Below are positions 23,250 to 36,500 of a DNA stretch of 64,000 nt, one piece after another. Both the position numbers and the translations under genes were made by a program. The notes beneath the pieces were generated by a model, which saw nothing but the letters and a program-made list of their open reading frames with translations, ran no database searches and was not told the DNA's origin. The stretch is from Macrostomum lignano (lineage: Eukaryota). How positions within the stretch are numbered: position 1 is the stretch's first letter; every line of letters starts with the position of its first letter. The stretch covers positions 186,001 to 250,000 of the forward strand of contig NIVC01000459.1 of assembly GCA_002269645.1 (NCBI GenBank), written 5' to 3'.

Positions 23250-26200
23250 GTAGAAGATCAAATCGGGGATCGGCTTCTGTTGGTGGGATCTAAATTGTGG
23301 CGGCCTGCTTAGAGATTGGTAGGGATGTAGCTTCGAATGGCTTAGAGACCGGTAGGGATGTAGCTTCGAAAGGCTTAGAGACCGGTGGGGATGTAGCTTC
23401 GAATGGCTTTGAGACCGGTGGGGATGTAGCTTCGAATGGCTTAGAGACCGGTAGGGATGTAGCTTCGAAAGGCTTAGAGACCGGTAGGGATGTAGCTTCG
23501 AATGGCTTAGAGACCGGTAGGGATGTAGCTTCGAAAGGCTTAGAGACCGGTGGGGATGTAGCTTCGAATGGCTTTGAGACCGGTAGGGATATAAGCTTCG
23601 AATGGCTTAGAGACCGGTAGAGATGTAGCTTCGAAAGGCTTAGAGACCGGTAGGGATGTAGCTTCGAATGGCTTAGAGACCGGTAGGGATGTAGCTTTGA
23701 ATGGCTTAGAGACCGGTAGGGATGTAGCTTCGAATGGCTTAGAGACCGGTAGGGATGTAACTTCGAATGGCTTTGAGACCGGTGGGGATGTAGCTTCGAA
23801 AGGCTTAGAGACCGGTGGGGATGTAGCTTCGAATGGCTTTGAGACCGGTAGGGATATAAGCTTCGAATGGCTTAGAGACCGGTAGAGATGTAGCTTCGAA
23901 AGGCTTAGAGACCGGTAGGGATGTAGCTTCGAATGGCTTAGAGACCGGTAGGGATGTAGCTTTGAATGGCTTAGAGACCGGTAGGGATGTAGCTTCGAAT
24001 GGCTTAGAGACCGGTAGGGATGTAACTTCGAATGGCTTTGAGACCGGTGGGGATGTAGCTTCGAAAGGCTTAGAGACCGGTGGGGATGTAGCTTCGAATG
24101 GCTTAGAGACCGGTAGGGATATAGCTTCGAATGGCTTAGAGACCGGTAGGGATGTAGCTTCGAATGGCTTAGAGACCGGTAGGGATGTAGCTTCGAATGG
24201 CTTAGAGACCGGTAGGGATGTAGCTTCGAATGGCTTAGAGACCAGTAGGGATGTAGCTTCGAAAGGCTTAGAGACCGGTAGGGATGTAGCTTCGAATGGC
24301 TTAGAGACCGGTAGGGATGTAGCTTCGAATGGCTTAGAGACCGGTAGGGATGTAGCTTCAAATGGCTTAGAGACCGGTAGGGATGTAGTTTCGAATGGCT
24401 TAGAGACCGGTAGGGATGTAGTTTCGAATGGCTTTGAGACCGGTAGGGATGTAGCTTCGAATGGCTTAGAGACCGGTAGGGATGTAGCTTCGAATGGCTT
24501 AGAGACCGGTAGGGATGTAGCTTCGAATGGCTTAGAGACCGGTAGGGATGTAGCTTCGAATGGCTTAGAGACCGGTAGGGATGTAGCTTCGACCCGCTTA
24601 CAGACCGGTAGGGATGTAGCTTCGAATGGCTTAGAGACCGGTAGGGATATAAGCTTCGAATGGCTTAGAGACCGGTAGGGATATAAGCTTCGAATGGCTT
24701 AGAGACCGGTAGGGATATAGCTTCGAATGGCTTAGAGACCGGTAGGGATATAGCTTCGAATGGCTTAGAGACCGGTAGGGATATAAGCTTCGAATGGCTT
24801 AGAGACCGGTAGGGATATAAGCTTCGAATGGCTTAGAGACCGGTAGGGATGTAGCTTCGAATGGCTTAGAGACCGGTAGGGATATAGCTTCGAATGGCTT
24901 AGAGACCGGTAGGGATGTAGCTTCGACCCGCTTACAGACCGGTAGGGATGTAGCTTCGAATGGCTTAGAGACCGGTAGGGATATAAGCTTCGAATGGCTT
25001 AGAGACCGGTAGGGATGTAGCTTCGAATGGCTTAGAGACCGGTAGGGATATAAGCTTCGAATGGCTTAGAGACCGGTAGGGATATAGCTTCGAATGGCTT
25101 AGAGACCGGTAGGGATATAGCTTCGAATGGCTTAGAGACCGGTAGGGATATAAGCTTCGAATGGCTTAGAGACCGGTAGGGATATAAGCTTCGAATGGCT
25201 TAGAGACCGGTAGGGATATAAGCTTCGAATGGCTTAGAGACCGGTAGGGATGTAGCTTCGAATGGCTTAGAGACCGGTAGGGATATAAGCTTCGAATGGC
25301 TTAGAGACCGGTAGGGATATAGCTTCGAATGGCTTAGAGACCGGTAGGGATATAGCTTCGAATGGCTTAGAGACCGGTAGGGATATAAGCTTCGAATGGC
25401 TTAGAGACCGGTAGGGATATAAGCTTCGAATGGCTTAGAGACCGGTAGGGATGTAGCTTCGAATGGCTTAGAGACCGGTAGGGATATAGCTTCGAATGGC
25501 TTAGAGACCGGTAGGGATGTAGCTTCGAATGGCTTAGAGACCGGTAGGGATGTAGCTTCGAATGGCTTAAAACCCGTAGGGATGTAGCTTCGAATGGCTT
25601 AGAGACCGGTAGGGATATAGCTTCGAATGGCTTAGAGACCGGTAGGGATGTAGCTTCGAATGGCTTAGAGACCGGTAGGGATATAGCTTCGAATGGCTTA
25701 GAGACCGGTAGGGATATAAGCTTCGAATGGCTTAGAGACCGGTAGGGATGTAGCTTCGAATGGCTTAGAGACCGGTAGGGATGTAGCTTCGAATGGCTTA
25801 GAGACCGGTAGGGATATAGCTTCGAATGGCTTAGAGACCGGTAGGGATGTAGCTTCGAATGGCTTAGAGACCGGTAGGGATATAGCTTCGAATGGCTTAG
25901 AGACCGGTAGGGATGTAGCTTTAACCTGCTTAGTACCCGTGAACGGTGGAATGTCGCCGGTCGTACTTAGTTCCAAGTTGAGAAAAAGCCTTAAAATTTT
26001 TGCTCCATTTCCAGTTTGGCGCACCCGGTCCAGTTCTTGATCCTGGTGGTGCCTTTCCTGGCCTGCGTATTGGACTATCCGTATGCGCGCTACACAAGAT
26101 TCGTGCTCCAATTTGACGCCTTCTGCTGCCTCGCCTCAGCCGCCTGCTGCCTGCTCAAACGACTCAGGTGTCGGCGCAGTCGCGGTGGAATGCTGGACAA

Positions 26201-29060
26201 GCCGCCTCCCTCAACTTCAACGCAAGCTTCTAGCGTCGAACAGTCCAACCGACCGCCTACCAACGATTTCCAGACGGTGTACCGCTCGATAGTGTACCTG
26301 TCCACCGCCGTGTGCATCTTTGCCAGGGACCAGCCGTGCTGGCGAAACGACTTCAGCAAAGCGGACAGCTTCGGCACGGCGCTCATGGACGTCGGTTTGG
26401 GCTGCTTTGTAGTCTGCATTGGATCGCTGGGCCCGACGGCGACTAGAGCGAAGATTGAGGTCAACAGGTGCGTCACACTGCTAAACTTGTAATTGCACGT
26501 ACGTTTGCAGACTGAGACTGGTTTCTCAGGCCGCACTGCTGACATTCTACACTACTGACATTCCACACTACTGACATTCCACACTACTGACATTCCACAC
26601 TACTGACATTCTACACTACTGACATTCCACACTACTGACATCACACACTGCTGACATTCAACATTGATGATACCCCGCACTGCAGACGCTTGACTTTATC
26701 ATTTCATCCTTTGACGCAAAAATTGTACAGCATTTCAAAAGTGTAGCCAGCCTATGAACTATCAGACGCAGCTCTTCCTCGCCTCAGATCTGCCGCAATG
26801 AAGAAAGCGGGCGCCCAGTTCATTCTATTGGCATTCTGCGGCTTAGTCAAGTCCATCTCAGTTGCCATAGACATTGCGCTAGACCAGACCGTGTACGAGG
26901 AGTCCTGGCACGAGTACGGCGTGCACTGGAACGCTTTCTACACTCTGGCCGTGGCCAAGCTGGGCGGCACAGCGCTGGAGCTGTACATCCTCCCGGATCG
27001 GATGTCTCCGCTGCTGGCCGCGCTGCTGGCTGGCGCCGGTCACGAGACTCTGCTGGCCTCAGCCGGCATTGCCGGATACGTCCTGGCGCCTGGCCAGCTG
27101 GAGCCGTACAATCGCGCCAGCCTGTTCGGCGCCAATCGGGAGGGCATCTGCTCGATGCTCGGCATCCCCACGCTGTACCTGATCGGCCTGCAGCTGGGCC
27201 GGTGGACCGGCGCCTGCGCCAAGCAATTGGAGCTCGGCGCCGACCCCCGACGTCAAGCAGTCGCGATGCGTCGGCTGCTTGGCCGTGTGGCGAGCCTGCT
27301 GGCCGGCTGCCTGCTGTACCGCGTGCTGCTGGGCTGCCTGCCCCAGCTGCTGCTGCCAGAGTCCAGGCGCCTGCTGAATCCGAGCTATGCGGCCTGGATT
27401 GCCGCGTTTTCAGCATTCGCGCATATTAACGTCTGGCTGATGATGGCGGCGAAGTGAGCTTCCCATGTGTATTTTTGTTTTCTTTAGCCTAGCAGCCGCC
27501 CCACCCCAACGCATGCATGCAGATGCCTGACGAGGAGAAAGTCAGGGCGTGTACAAGTCAATGACTGCTCAAGTAGGAACCAGAGTGAGATTTGAGGAGT
27601 CCCATACAAGAACTGGAGTGAGATTTGAGGAGTCCCATCCAAGAACCGGAGTGAGATTTGAGGAGTCCCATCCAAGAATCAGGATGAGATTTAAGGAGTC
27701 CCATCCAAGAACCGGAGTGAGATTTGAGGAGTCCCATCCAAGAATCAGGATGAGATTTAAGGAGTCCCATCAAGAACCGGAGTGAGATTTAAGGAGTCCC
27801 ATCCATGAACCGGAGTGAGATTTAAGGAGTCCCATCCAAGAACCAGAGTGAGATTGAAGGAGTCCCATCCATGAACCGGAGTGAGATTTAAGGAGTCCCA
27901 TCCAAGAATCAGGATGAGATTTGAGGAGTCCCATACAAGAATCAGGATTAGATTTGAGGAGTCCCATCCATGAACCGGAGTGAGATTTAAGGAGTCCCAT
28001 CCAAGAATCAGGATGAGATTTGAGGAGTCCCATACAAGAATCAGGATGAGATTTGAGGAGTCCCATACAAGAACCGGGTTGGGATTTAAGGAGTCCCATC
28101 CAAGAACCGGAGTGAGATTTGAAGAGTCCCATACAAGAACCAGAGTGAGATTTAAGGAGTCCCATCCAAGAACCGGAGTGAGATTTAAGGAGTCCCATCC
28201 AAGAACCGGATCGAGTGAGATTTAAGGAGTCCCATCCAAGAATCCGAGTGAGATTTAAGGAGTCCCATCCAAGAATCCGAGTGAGATTTAAGGAGTCCCA
28301 TCCAAGAACCGGATCGAGTGAGATTTAAGGAGTCCCATCCAAGAATCCGAGTGAGATTTAAGGAGTCCCATCCAAGAACCGGATCGAGTGAGATTTAAGG
28401 AGTCCCATCCAAGAAACCGAGTGAGATTTAAGGAGTCCCATCCAAGAACCGGAGTGAGATTTAAGGAGTCCCATCCAAGAACCCGAGTGAGATTTAAGGA
28501 GTCCCATCCAAGAACCGGATCGAGTGAGATTTAAGGAGTCCCACCCAAGAACCGGGTTGGGATTTAAGGAGTCCCATCCAAGAACCGGAGTGAGATTTGA
28601 GGAGTCTTATCCAAAAACTGGGATGGGAGTTGTGGCTTAAAAATACTCATTCGTCTAAAGTATCAAGTGAGGTACGAATAGCTTAAATGCACATTAAAGT
28701 AGCTCTACTTCCTCGCCGGCTGCTTATAGGCTACTCATGACTGAGCCGCAAAACCTCAGCGGCTTCCGCATGGCTCCAATCCACCTGCGTCAGGTGGACG
28801 TAGTCGGCCTGATGTACTTTCTAGTTGCCAATCTGCTCACCGGTTTGGTCGACTTTCTGGTGAAAGTGACCGTGCCCGATCGAGAAAGCATTGACGGTTG
28901 GCCCTGTTTTGTGCTGGTGCTGAGCTACATGTCTCTGGTGTACCCCGCCGCCCGCTTGGCTAACCGGCTGCTCAATGTACGCGCGGTGATCGCCAAGCTG
29001 ACCGGCTGCGTTAGCGACGCCGCCAGCGCCTGGCGTCCATGCAGACTGACAGCTTGTTGA
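23047..29060 (+). CDS. PIGW: GPI-anchor inositol acyltransferase PIG-W/GWT1, join(23047-23249,26015-26467,26788-27453,28730-29060), ~550 aa
   Basis: Family motifs: FSKADSFGTALMDVGLGCF, EYGVHWNAFYTL, ANREGICS, SRRLLNPSY, GLMYFLVANLLTGLVD. Multiple hydrophobic segments. Three GT-AG introns, all phase 2 and frame-consistent. Confidence 0.92.
23310..25920. repeat. 33-nt minisatellite filling PIG-W intron 1
   Basis: GAGACCGGTAGGGATGTAGCTTCGAATGGCTTA x ~79. Confidence 0.97.
26015..26467 (+). CDS. PIGW: PIG-W exon 2
   Basis: catttccag|T LAHPVQFLILVVPF...GTALMDVGLGCF...EVN AG|gtgcgt. Confidence 0.9.
26535..26660. repeat. 16-nt minisatellite, PIG-W intron 2
   Basis: CACACTACTGACATTC x ~7. Confidence 0.9.
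26788..27453 (+). CDS. PIGW: PIG-W exon 3
   Basis: cgcctcag|A SAAMKK...EYGVHWN...ANREG...MMAA AA|gtgag. Confidence 0.92.
27575..28620. repeat. 33-nt minisatellite, PIG-W intron 3
   Basis: GAGTCCCATCCAAGAACCGGAGTGAGATTTAAG x ~31. Confidence 0.96.
28730..29060 (+). CDS. PIGW: PIG-W exon 4
   Basis: gcttatag|G LLMTEPQ...FLVANLLTGLVD...LTAC*. Confidence 0.9.
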
Positions 29061-29190
29061 TAAGCTTCGCTAAACGATACGAATGAATCTTTCAGACCTG
29101 GAAGCATGATCGCAAGATATTAGGTTTCCTGTACCTTTCTTTTATACTTCGTGTATGCATAAATTTTTATTTACAAAAAAATCTATTTAT

Positions 29191-29196
29191 AATAAA
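29191..29196 (+). terminator. Candidate PIG-W polyadenylation signal AATAAA
   Basis: AATAAA ~130 nt after the stop codon in an AT-rich 3' region. Confidence 0.4.
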
Positions 29197-29594
29197 TATT
29201 GAACATGAAGGGCAAGCATGAACGCTAGCATCCGTGTATAATGATTGCCCGTAAGTGCACTGAAATGTACTACACGTGTATGTATAGTAGTAAGCTAGAA
29301 GCGCAATTAAACTCGGAGAGGTTGCGATTTTACCCTTAGCCATACAGTTCAATTTAAGGTGTAAGTAAAGTACAGAAAGTTGACAGCTAGAATTTTTTTA
29401 ACAGAAAAAAAGAGTATTTTATATTTTACACGCGTACATTTACCGTGGCCGTTTAAATGACGTCTCAATGTTTTTAACGTGTGGCTTATGTGCCAATGGC
29501 TTAATAAAGGATTATTACCAGATGAGATTATATTCAATGGTTGCTTTATTCCCATTTGTCTAACACGAACTCGTTGTTCATCGATGATTGAGTA

Positions 29595-29950
29595 CAGGGG
29601 CGTTGCAATGAATTTTATGGTGGGGGGGGGACAAAATCAAGAATTGTACGACGCGGTACACTATATTCCTACATGATAATCGCGGTGTTGTTAGCCCCAG
29701 CTCATTTTGGCGCCGTGGACACTCATTTGGCTCGCAGACAGCAGACACGAATTTTGGCTTGGCATTTACTCATTTTGGGCCTTTCGCAAGCACCAAATTT
29801 AGCGCCGCAGGCACTCATTTTGGCGTCGCGGCACTCGTTCTGGCGCCATAGACCGGCACTCAGTTTATAGCGCCGCACGCACTCATATTGGCACCCCATG
29901 CCCTCATTGTGGCGCTAAAAGTGCAATATTTTGGCGCCCTGAAGCAATGC
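29595..29950. promoter_or_regulatory. Degenerate GGCGCC repeat with E2F-type sites ~500 nt upstream of the SMC1 ATG, possibly inside a CAGGGGCG-ended MITE
   Basis: TTTGGCGC at 29706 and 29930 plus several variants; CAGGGGCGTTGC at 29595. Confidence 0.4.
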
Positions 29951-30432
29951 TATCCCTCGTCCCCGCCGGTGGTTGAGTAGTCCTAATGGGTTTATTGCAA
30001 AGAATGCAAAATAATCGTTACATAATTTACCGTGTTTTTTATTCGTTCTAGTAATCAATTATCCTGTTTATTTTGAGAGTCAAAAGAACAGTATGCGAAG
30101 CCAAATACTTTATTTAGCTATTAATAGTTTTAAATTTGTTAATCTAAACATACCACATTTTAAATCTCTTCTTCTTTTGATTTATTTTAAACTAATAACG
30201 CCGCCGCTGGCCCGAACCTAAAAGTCTGTCTCTCAGACTCTTATAGGCCGTCTTCGTCGCCGCATTGTAGTTTTTGTCAGTTAACGAAGTACTCTGCTAT
30301 AGTCAAAATTGCTGTGTTTAGTGATAAATAGCTTTTATGTTGTAGAATGTTTTGTATTTAAAGTTTAATCTCAAAATAGCTTTTGTGGTTCAAGACAACA
30401 GTACAATATTGTTTAAGAATTTGTTCCAAAAA

Positions 30433-30544
30433 ATGGTTGGACGTCTACAAAGAATCGAAATCGAGAACTTTAAATCCTATAAGGGTTTTCAGATTATTGG
30501 CCCTTTCAAGGACTTCACATCTGTTATTGGTCCTAATGGATCAG
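30433..30544 (+). CDS. SMC1: SMC1 exon 1
   Basis: [18 protein letters not shown]...IGPNGS G|gtatgc. Confidence 0.95.
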
Positions 30545-33500
30545 GTATGCACTTGTAGTTGTAGTTAGTAAGAATTATTAAATGCAAGTTATTTTTGCCT
30601 ACTGTCTACTGATTAGTTATAACTTGGCCTACTGATTGGACATACCTGCCTAACCTCAAAATTTCACCCGTCCAGTGTAACTTAGTTTTGTCGAGATTTA
30701 CAAATTAGTTCCTGCTGATTGTGACTTAATTTTCACTTTATATATGACTTCTTGTCTTCTTTCTCTCTTTCTCCTCTTTCCCCTCTCTCTCTTTTCCCTC
30801 TCTTTTCTTTCTTTCTTCCCCCAATTTTTCATTTTTTTCATTTTTGCATCTTGCAACTTAGGCCTACCTTGCCCTTGGCTAGCAACCATTTCACCCATTT
30901 GGTTTAGATGGGTTGAATAGATGTTGGGCATGTATGTGATTGGATGTTGTGTTGGTGCTATGCTATGGCTACTTTTAGGAAGACAACATTTATACTGACT
31001 AAAATATCAATTATAAACCCCTATTGGAATAAGTTGACAAAACGTGGATGACTGTCCGTCACATTTTCGGATTCTCTTAGTGTCGCATTGTGCGACACTG
31101 TGGAAACCTAGTGTCATCATGCGTCGCATTGTGCGACCGACATGACAGTGTAGCAACTTGGCGGCTGGCGTCGTCATGTGTTGCGTTACGGCCTGGATCT
31201 ATAGCCAAAACCTTGCAAACTGTGTTTCATTATAATATGTTCACAGTTGTTTCTCAGTACTTAAATGTTTCAAACATGTTTGATAATAACTAGTTCTTGA
31301 ATTGTTCTTTTTTATTTTGATGGTAAAGTTAGTAACTAATACTTCAAATATAATTTTTAGAAATGTTACTTGTTAGTTACAATGCGTGCACTGTTTTTCT
31401 AAGTGTTGTACCTTTGTTGTTTTACTGTTTATTGCTTTTAAATTTCATTTCTTTTTCTGCAAAATTAAAAGGAATACTCTCATCCCTCGCCCCATGGTCT
31501 CGGTGTTGGGAGTGAATAGCAGAATGAGAATTGTCAATTGCAATGTGGCTGCTGTGGCATCCTCGTCCTCCCCTCCCAGTCATTTGGTCAACAGACATTG
31601 GTGTTGCGTTGCACGTTGCTGCCCCCCAGTCAACAAAATTTAGTGTCGCGTTGTGCTTTTGTGGGTACAATTTTGGCACCCGTGTCGTGCGTCCGCGGAT
31701 TTTTGAAACTTATTCCAATAGGGTTATAAACAGAACTCTATATGAAAGTTTGGCTTAGAAAGAATAGTAAACAATAGTTAAAAATGTATAATCAAGAATT
31801 ACATCAACTCTTGTAGTTACAAAAATAATAAGTATAATTTATCACTGCTTATAACAAAAAAACAAATAAAAAATTAATTATTATTTATTTTAATAATAGT
31901 ATTTTTATATGAATTGCATATTACAATTTTTTTCAATAATTTTTTGCTTTATTTTTCTTTTTATAGATCTATTAGCCTATTTAAAAATTGTTATATTTGG
32001 TGCAAAAGGAATATTAGATTAATTTATAGTATGTTTTAGTTTATTTAAAGATAAATCTAAAAATAGCTATATTAAAATATCCCATACTGATAAGAATAAT
32101 ATTATTCAAAGTAGTTTTTTATAAATCAAATTTATTTATTGACTTAAGCAATATAGCAAAAAATTCATTAAGTATATATTGCTTAATGCTAATTAGGTCC
32201 TAATTAGAAATGCTCCAATTAGTCAAGGTATAAGCTATAAATAAATGAATTCAATTTTAATTGTCTATTGGGAGGCATACTTGAACCTAGGACCTTAGAC
32301 CTAGCCTGTTAAGTGAGTAAATGAATTAAGTTGAGTGAAATCTAAAAATAGCAATTGTCTATGCAGTTTGCTAGTCAGCCTAGGGCAGAATATAGCTATT
32401 TAGCATTTTCTTTTCTCTTGTATATAGCCAATATTGAGGCTTATATAGTGAAAACAGAGAACTTATAACTTAATCTCAATTGGAATTACAAATCAATCAA
32501 TCAAGATATTGACCTTTTCTAGCCTCTTATTGAAAACATTGGAGAAAATCATTTTTTCTTATATTTAGTACCTTTTGGAATTAGGATTAAAGTAGACAAA
32601 AGAAATTTTATTGGTACAATCCTTGAACAATTTGCAATGTTTTGCAAATTGGTCGATAATTTCAGTCTGTAGTCTGTTGCCCAGACCTAGACAGGTAGAC
32701 AAGTATTATACATTAAGTATAGGTTGACGGATTGATTAATGATATGATGGTTGATGACTATATTGTTATATTTTCATACATTCCTGTGATCTGCTTTGTA
32801 AAACTACAGTGAGCTGCAATTTTTTCTGCTACCAATATCACTCAATCACAATTATTGTCTTTTCGCTCAGTCTTCCCATTCACATCCTACTCTAAGCTCC
32901 AACACCAGCTTTAGCCATAGACTAATCCATGAAAACTGCACCTAATTCTGCTGTGTATTTCGCACACGCAGGCAAGTCCAACCTCATGGACGCTCTCTCC
33001 TTCGTGCTCGGCGACCAGACTCGCCACCTACGCGTGAAGAAGCTTAGCGAGCTAATCCACGGCGCCGTTGTTGAACGTCCCGTAGCCAAATCCGCTTTTG
33101 TGGCCGTCGTGTACGAGTCCGAGGACAAGCAAGAGACTCGATTCTCCAGGCACATCCACGGCAACACGTCTGAGTACAAAATTAACAATTCGGTGAGGGT
33201 CTATGAAGGGTAAAGAGAAGCATCAGAAATGTTAAGCTGTGGATTGATAGGCACGGGTGAACAGCGGCCAACGCCAAGCTGAAGCTGGGGTGAGCAGCGG
33301 CCAAGCTGAGCACCGAGAGGGTGGTGGGGTGAGCAGCAGCCAAGCTGAGCACCGAGAGGGTGGTGGGTTGAGCAGCGGCCAAGCTGAGCACCGAGAGGGT
33401 GGTGGGGTGAGCAGCGGCCAAGCTGAGCACCGAGAGGGTGGTGGGGTGAGCAGCGGCCAAGCTGAGCACCGAGAGGGTGGTGGGGTGAGCAGCGGCCAAG

Positions 33501-36500
33501 CTGAGCACCTAGAGGGTGGTGGGGTGAGCAGCGGCCAAGCTGAGGACTGAGAGGGTGGTGGGGTGGGCAGCGCCAAGCTGAGCACCGAGAGGGTGGTGGG
33601 GTGGGCAGCGCCAAGCTGAGGACCGAGAGGGTGGTGGGGTGGGCAGCGCCAAGCTGAGGACCGAGAGGGTGGTGGGGTGGGCAGCGCCAAGCTGAGGACC
33701 GAGAGGGTGGTGGGGTGGGCAGCGCCAAGCTGAGGACCGAGAGGGTGGTGGGGTGAGCAGCGGCCAAGCTGAGGACTGAGAGGGTGGTGGGGTGGGCAGC
33801 GCCAAGCTGAGGACCGAGAGGGTGGTGGGGTGAGCAGCGGCCAAGCTGAGGACTGAGAGGGTGGTGGGGTGAGCAGCGCCAAGCTGAGGACCGAGAGGGT
33901 GGTGGGGTGGGCAGCGCCAAGCTGAGGACCGAGAGGGTGGTGGGGTGGGCAGCGGCCAAGCTGATGACTGAGAGGGTGGTGGGGTGGGCAGCGACCTTCT
34001 TAAAGACCCCAAAGAGAGGGTAAGCAACGACCCATTTACAAGGGTTCTTTAAAGATTATAGAGTCGTATACTGCCAGTGATAAAATCGTCATCAGCACAC
34101 GTGTTTTGCATCATTTTTTCTTATTTTCCGCAGACGGTTCGCGCTGAAGAGTACTCCGCCGCGTTGGAAAAAATCCAGATCTTTATGAAAGGCAAGAATT
34201 TCTTAGTATTCCAGGGCGCGGTCGAGGCTATCGCCCTGAAAAATCCCAAAGAGCGCTGCCAGATGCTCGAAGAGTTGAGCAAAAGTATTGAACTGAAGGA
34301 GGAGTACGATAATGCCAAGGCCGAGATGGAGCAGGTGAGCTTTCGGAAAGTGCTTTTTGCAATTTGTAACCTAAGCTTTTCTTAATAAAAATGAAGGGAA
34401 TCGGGAGTTGGGGGGATAAAAAATGGGGAATCGGGGATGGAGGGGGATAAAAAATGGGGAATCGCGGGGATGAAGGGGGATAAAAAATGAAGGGAATCGG
34501 GAGTTGAGGGGATAAAAAATGGGGAATCGGGGATGGAGGGGGATAAAAAATGGGGAATCGCGGGGATGAAGGGGGATAAAAATGGGGAATCGCGGGGATG
34601 AAGGGGGATAAAAATGGGGAATCGCGGGGATGAAGGGGGATAAAAAATAAGGAATCGCGGGGATGAAGGGGGGATAAAAAATTGGGGAATCGGGAATGAA
34701 GGGGGGGATAAAAAATGGGGAATCGGGGATGAAGGGGGGATAAAAATTGGGAATCGGGGATGAAGGGGGGATAAAAAATGGGGAATCGCGGGGATGAAGG
34801 GGGGATAAAAAACGGGGAATCGCGGGGATGAAGGGGGGGATAAAAAATGGGGAATCGGGAATGAAGTTGGGGGAGGGGTTAAAATGGGAGAATCGGGAAT
34901 AAAGTTGGGAGAAAAAAATGGAGGGAAATTGGGAATGAAGGGGTAAGAAGAAACAAGGGGTCAGGAAACGACGGGGAATCAGGAATAAAAGGAATTCCTG
35001 AAAAATGATGCAACTTTTGAATTATTGAACCGATGGTCATTCACACTAAATCAATCAGTAATGAGTCTATTTTGTAAAATCTTAATGTTTTACAAGCTAA
35101 ACAAAGACCTGAAATTCGCCCCCACTCTAATAAAATGCCGCAGGCCGAGCTGGAGACGCAGACAACGTACAACAAGAAGAAAGGCATGGTTGCCGAGCGG
35201 AAGGAGGCCAAAATGGAGAAAGAGGAAGCGGAGAAATTCAAACGATTGAAGCAGGAATACTCCGCCAAGCAGATGGACCTGATGCAGTTCAAGCTCTACT
35301 ATAATGAGCAGGAGATTCGCACAGTGAAAGGCGAATTAGAGAGCAAGGAGAAGAACTTGCAGGTGCGACTCTGTTTGCCTTCTGATATTGGGGACTGTTG
35401 GGGAGTGAGTCTCACTGATTGCAGCATTATTGGGGAGTGAGTGTCACTGATTGCAGCATTATTGGGGAGTGAGTGTCACTGATTGCAGCATTATTGGGGA
35501 CTGAGTCTCACTGATTGCAGCATTATTGGGGAGTGAGTGTCACTGATTGCAGCATTATTGGGGACTGAGTCTCACTGATTGCAGCATTATTGGGGAGTGA
35601 GTCTCACTGATTGCAGCATTATTGGGGAGTGAGTCTCACTGATTGCAGCATTATTGGGGACTGAGTCTCACTGATTGCAGCATTATTGGGGAGTGAGTCT
35701 CACTGATTGCAGCATTATTGGGGACTGAGTCTCACTGATTGCAGCATTATTGGGGAGTGAGTCTCACTGATTGCAGCATTATTGGGGAGTGAGTGTCACT
35801 GATTTCAGCATTATTGGGGAGTGAGTCTCACTGATTGCAGCATTATTGGGGACTGAGTCTCACTGATTGCAGCATTATTGGGGAGTGAGTGTCACTGATT
35901 GCAGCATTATTGGGGACTGAGTCTCACTGATTGCAGCATTATTGGGGAGTGAGTCTCACTGATTGCAGCATTATTGGGGAGTGAGTCTCACTGATTGCAG
36001 CATTATTGGGGACTGAGTCTCACTGATTGCAGCATTATTGGGGAGTGAGTCTCACTGATTGCAGCATTATTGGGGAGTGAGTGTCACTGATTTCAGCATT
36101 ATTGGGGAGTGAGTCTCACTGATTGCAGCATTATTGGGGAGTGAGTGTCACTGATTGCAGCATTATTGGGGACTGAGTCTCACTGATTGCAGCATTATTG
36201 GGGAGTGAGTCTCACTGATTGCAGCATTATTGGGGAGTGAGTCTCACTGATTGCAGCATTATTGGGGAGTGAGTCTCACTGATTGCAGCACCATTGGGGA
36301 GTGAGTCTCACTGATTGCAGCAACATTGGGGACTGAGTCTCACTGATTGCAGCAACATTGGGGAGTGAGTCTCACTGATTGCAGCACCATTGGGGAGTGA
36401 GTCTCACTGATTGCAGCACCATTGGGGACTGAGTCTCACTGATTGCAGCACCATAACTAATTTATTTTCTTTACTCAAATTTCCAGAAAGAGCACGCAGC

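Noticed and set aside
22140-25920. ORFs up to 273 aa before and inside PIG-W intron 1
   Set aside because: CT-rich tract and 33-nt repeat read-throughs
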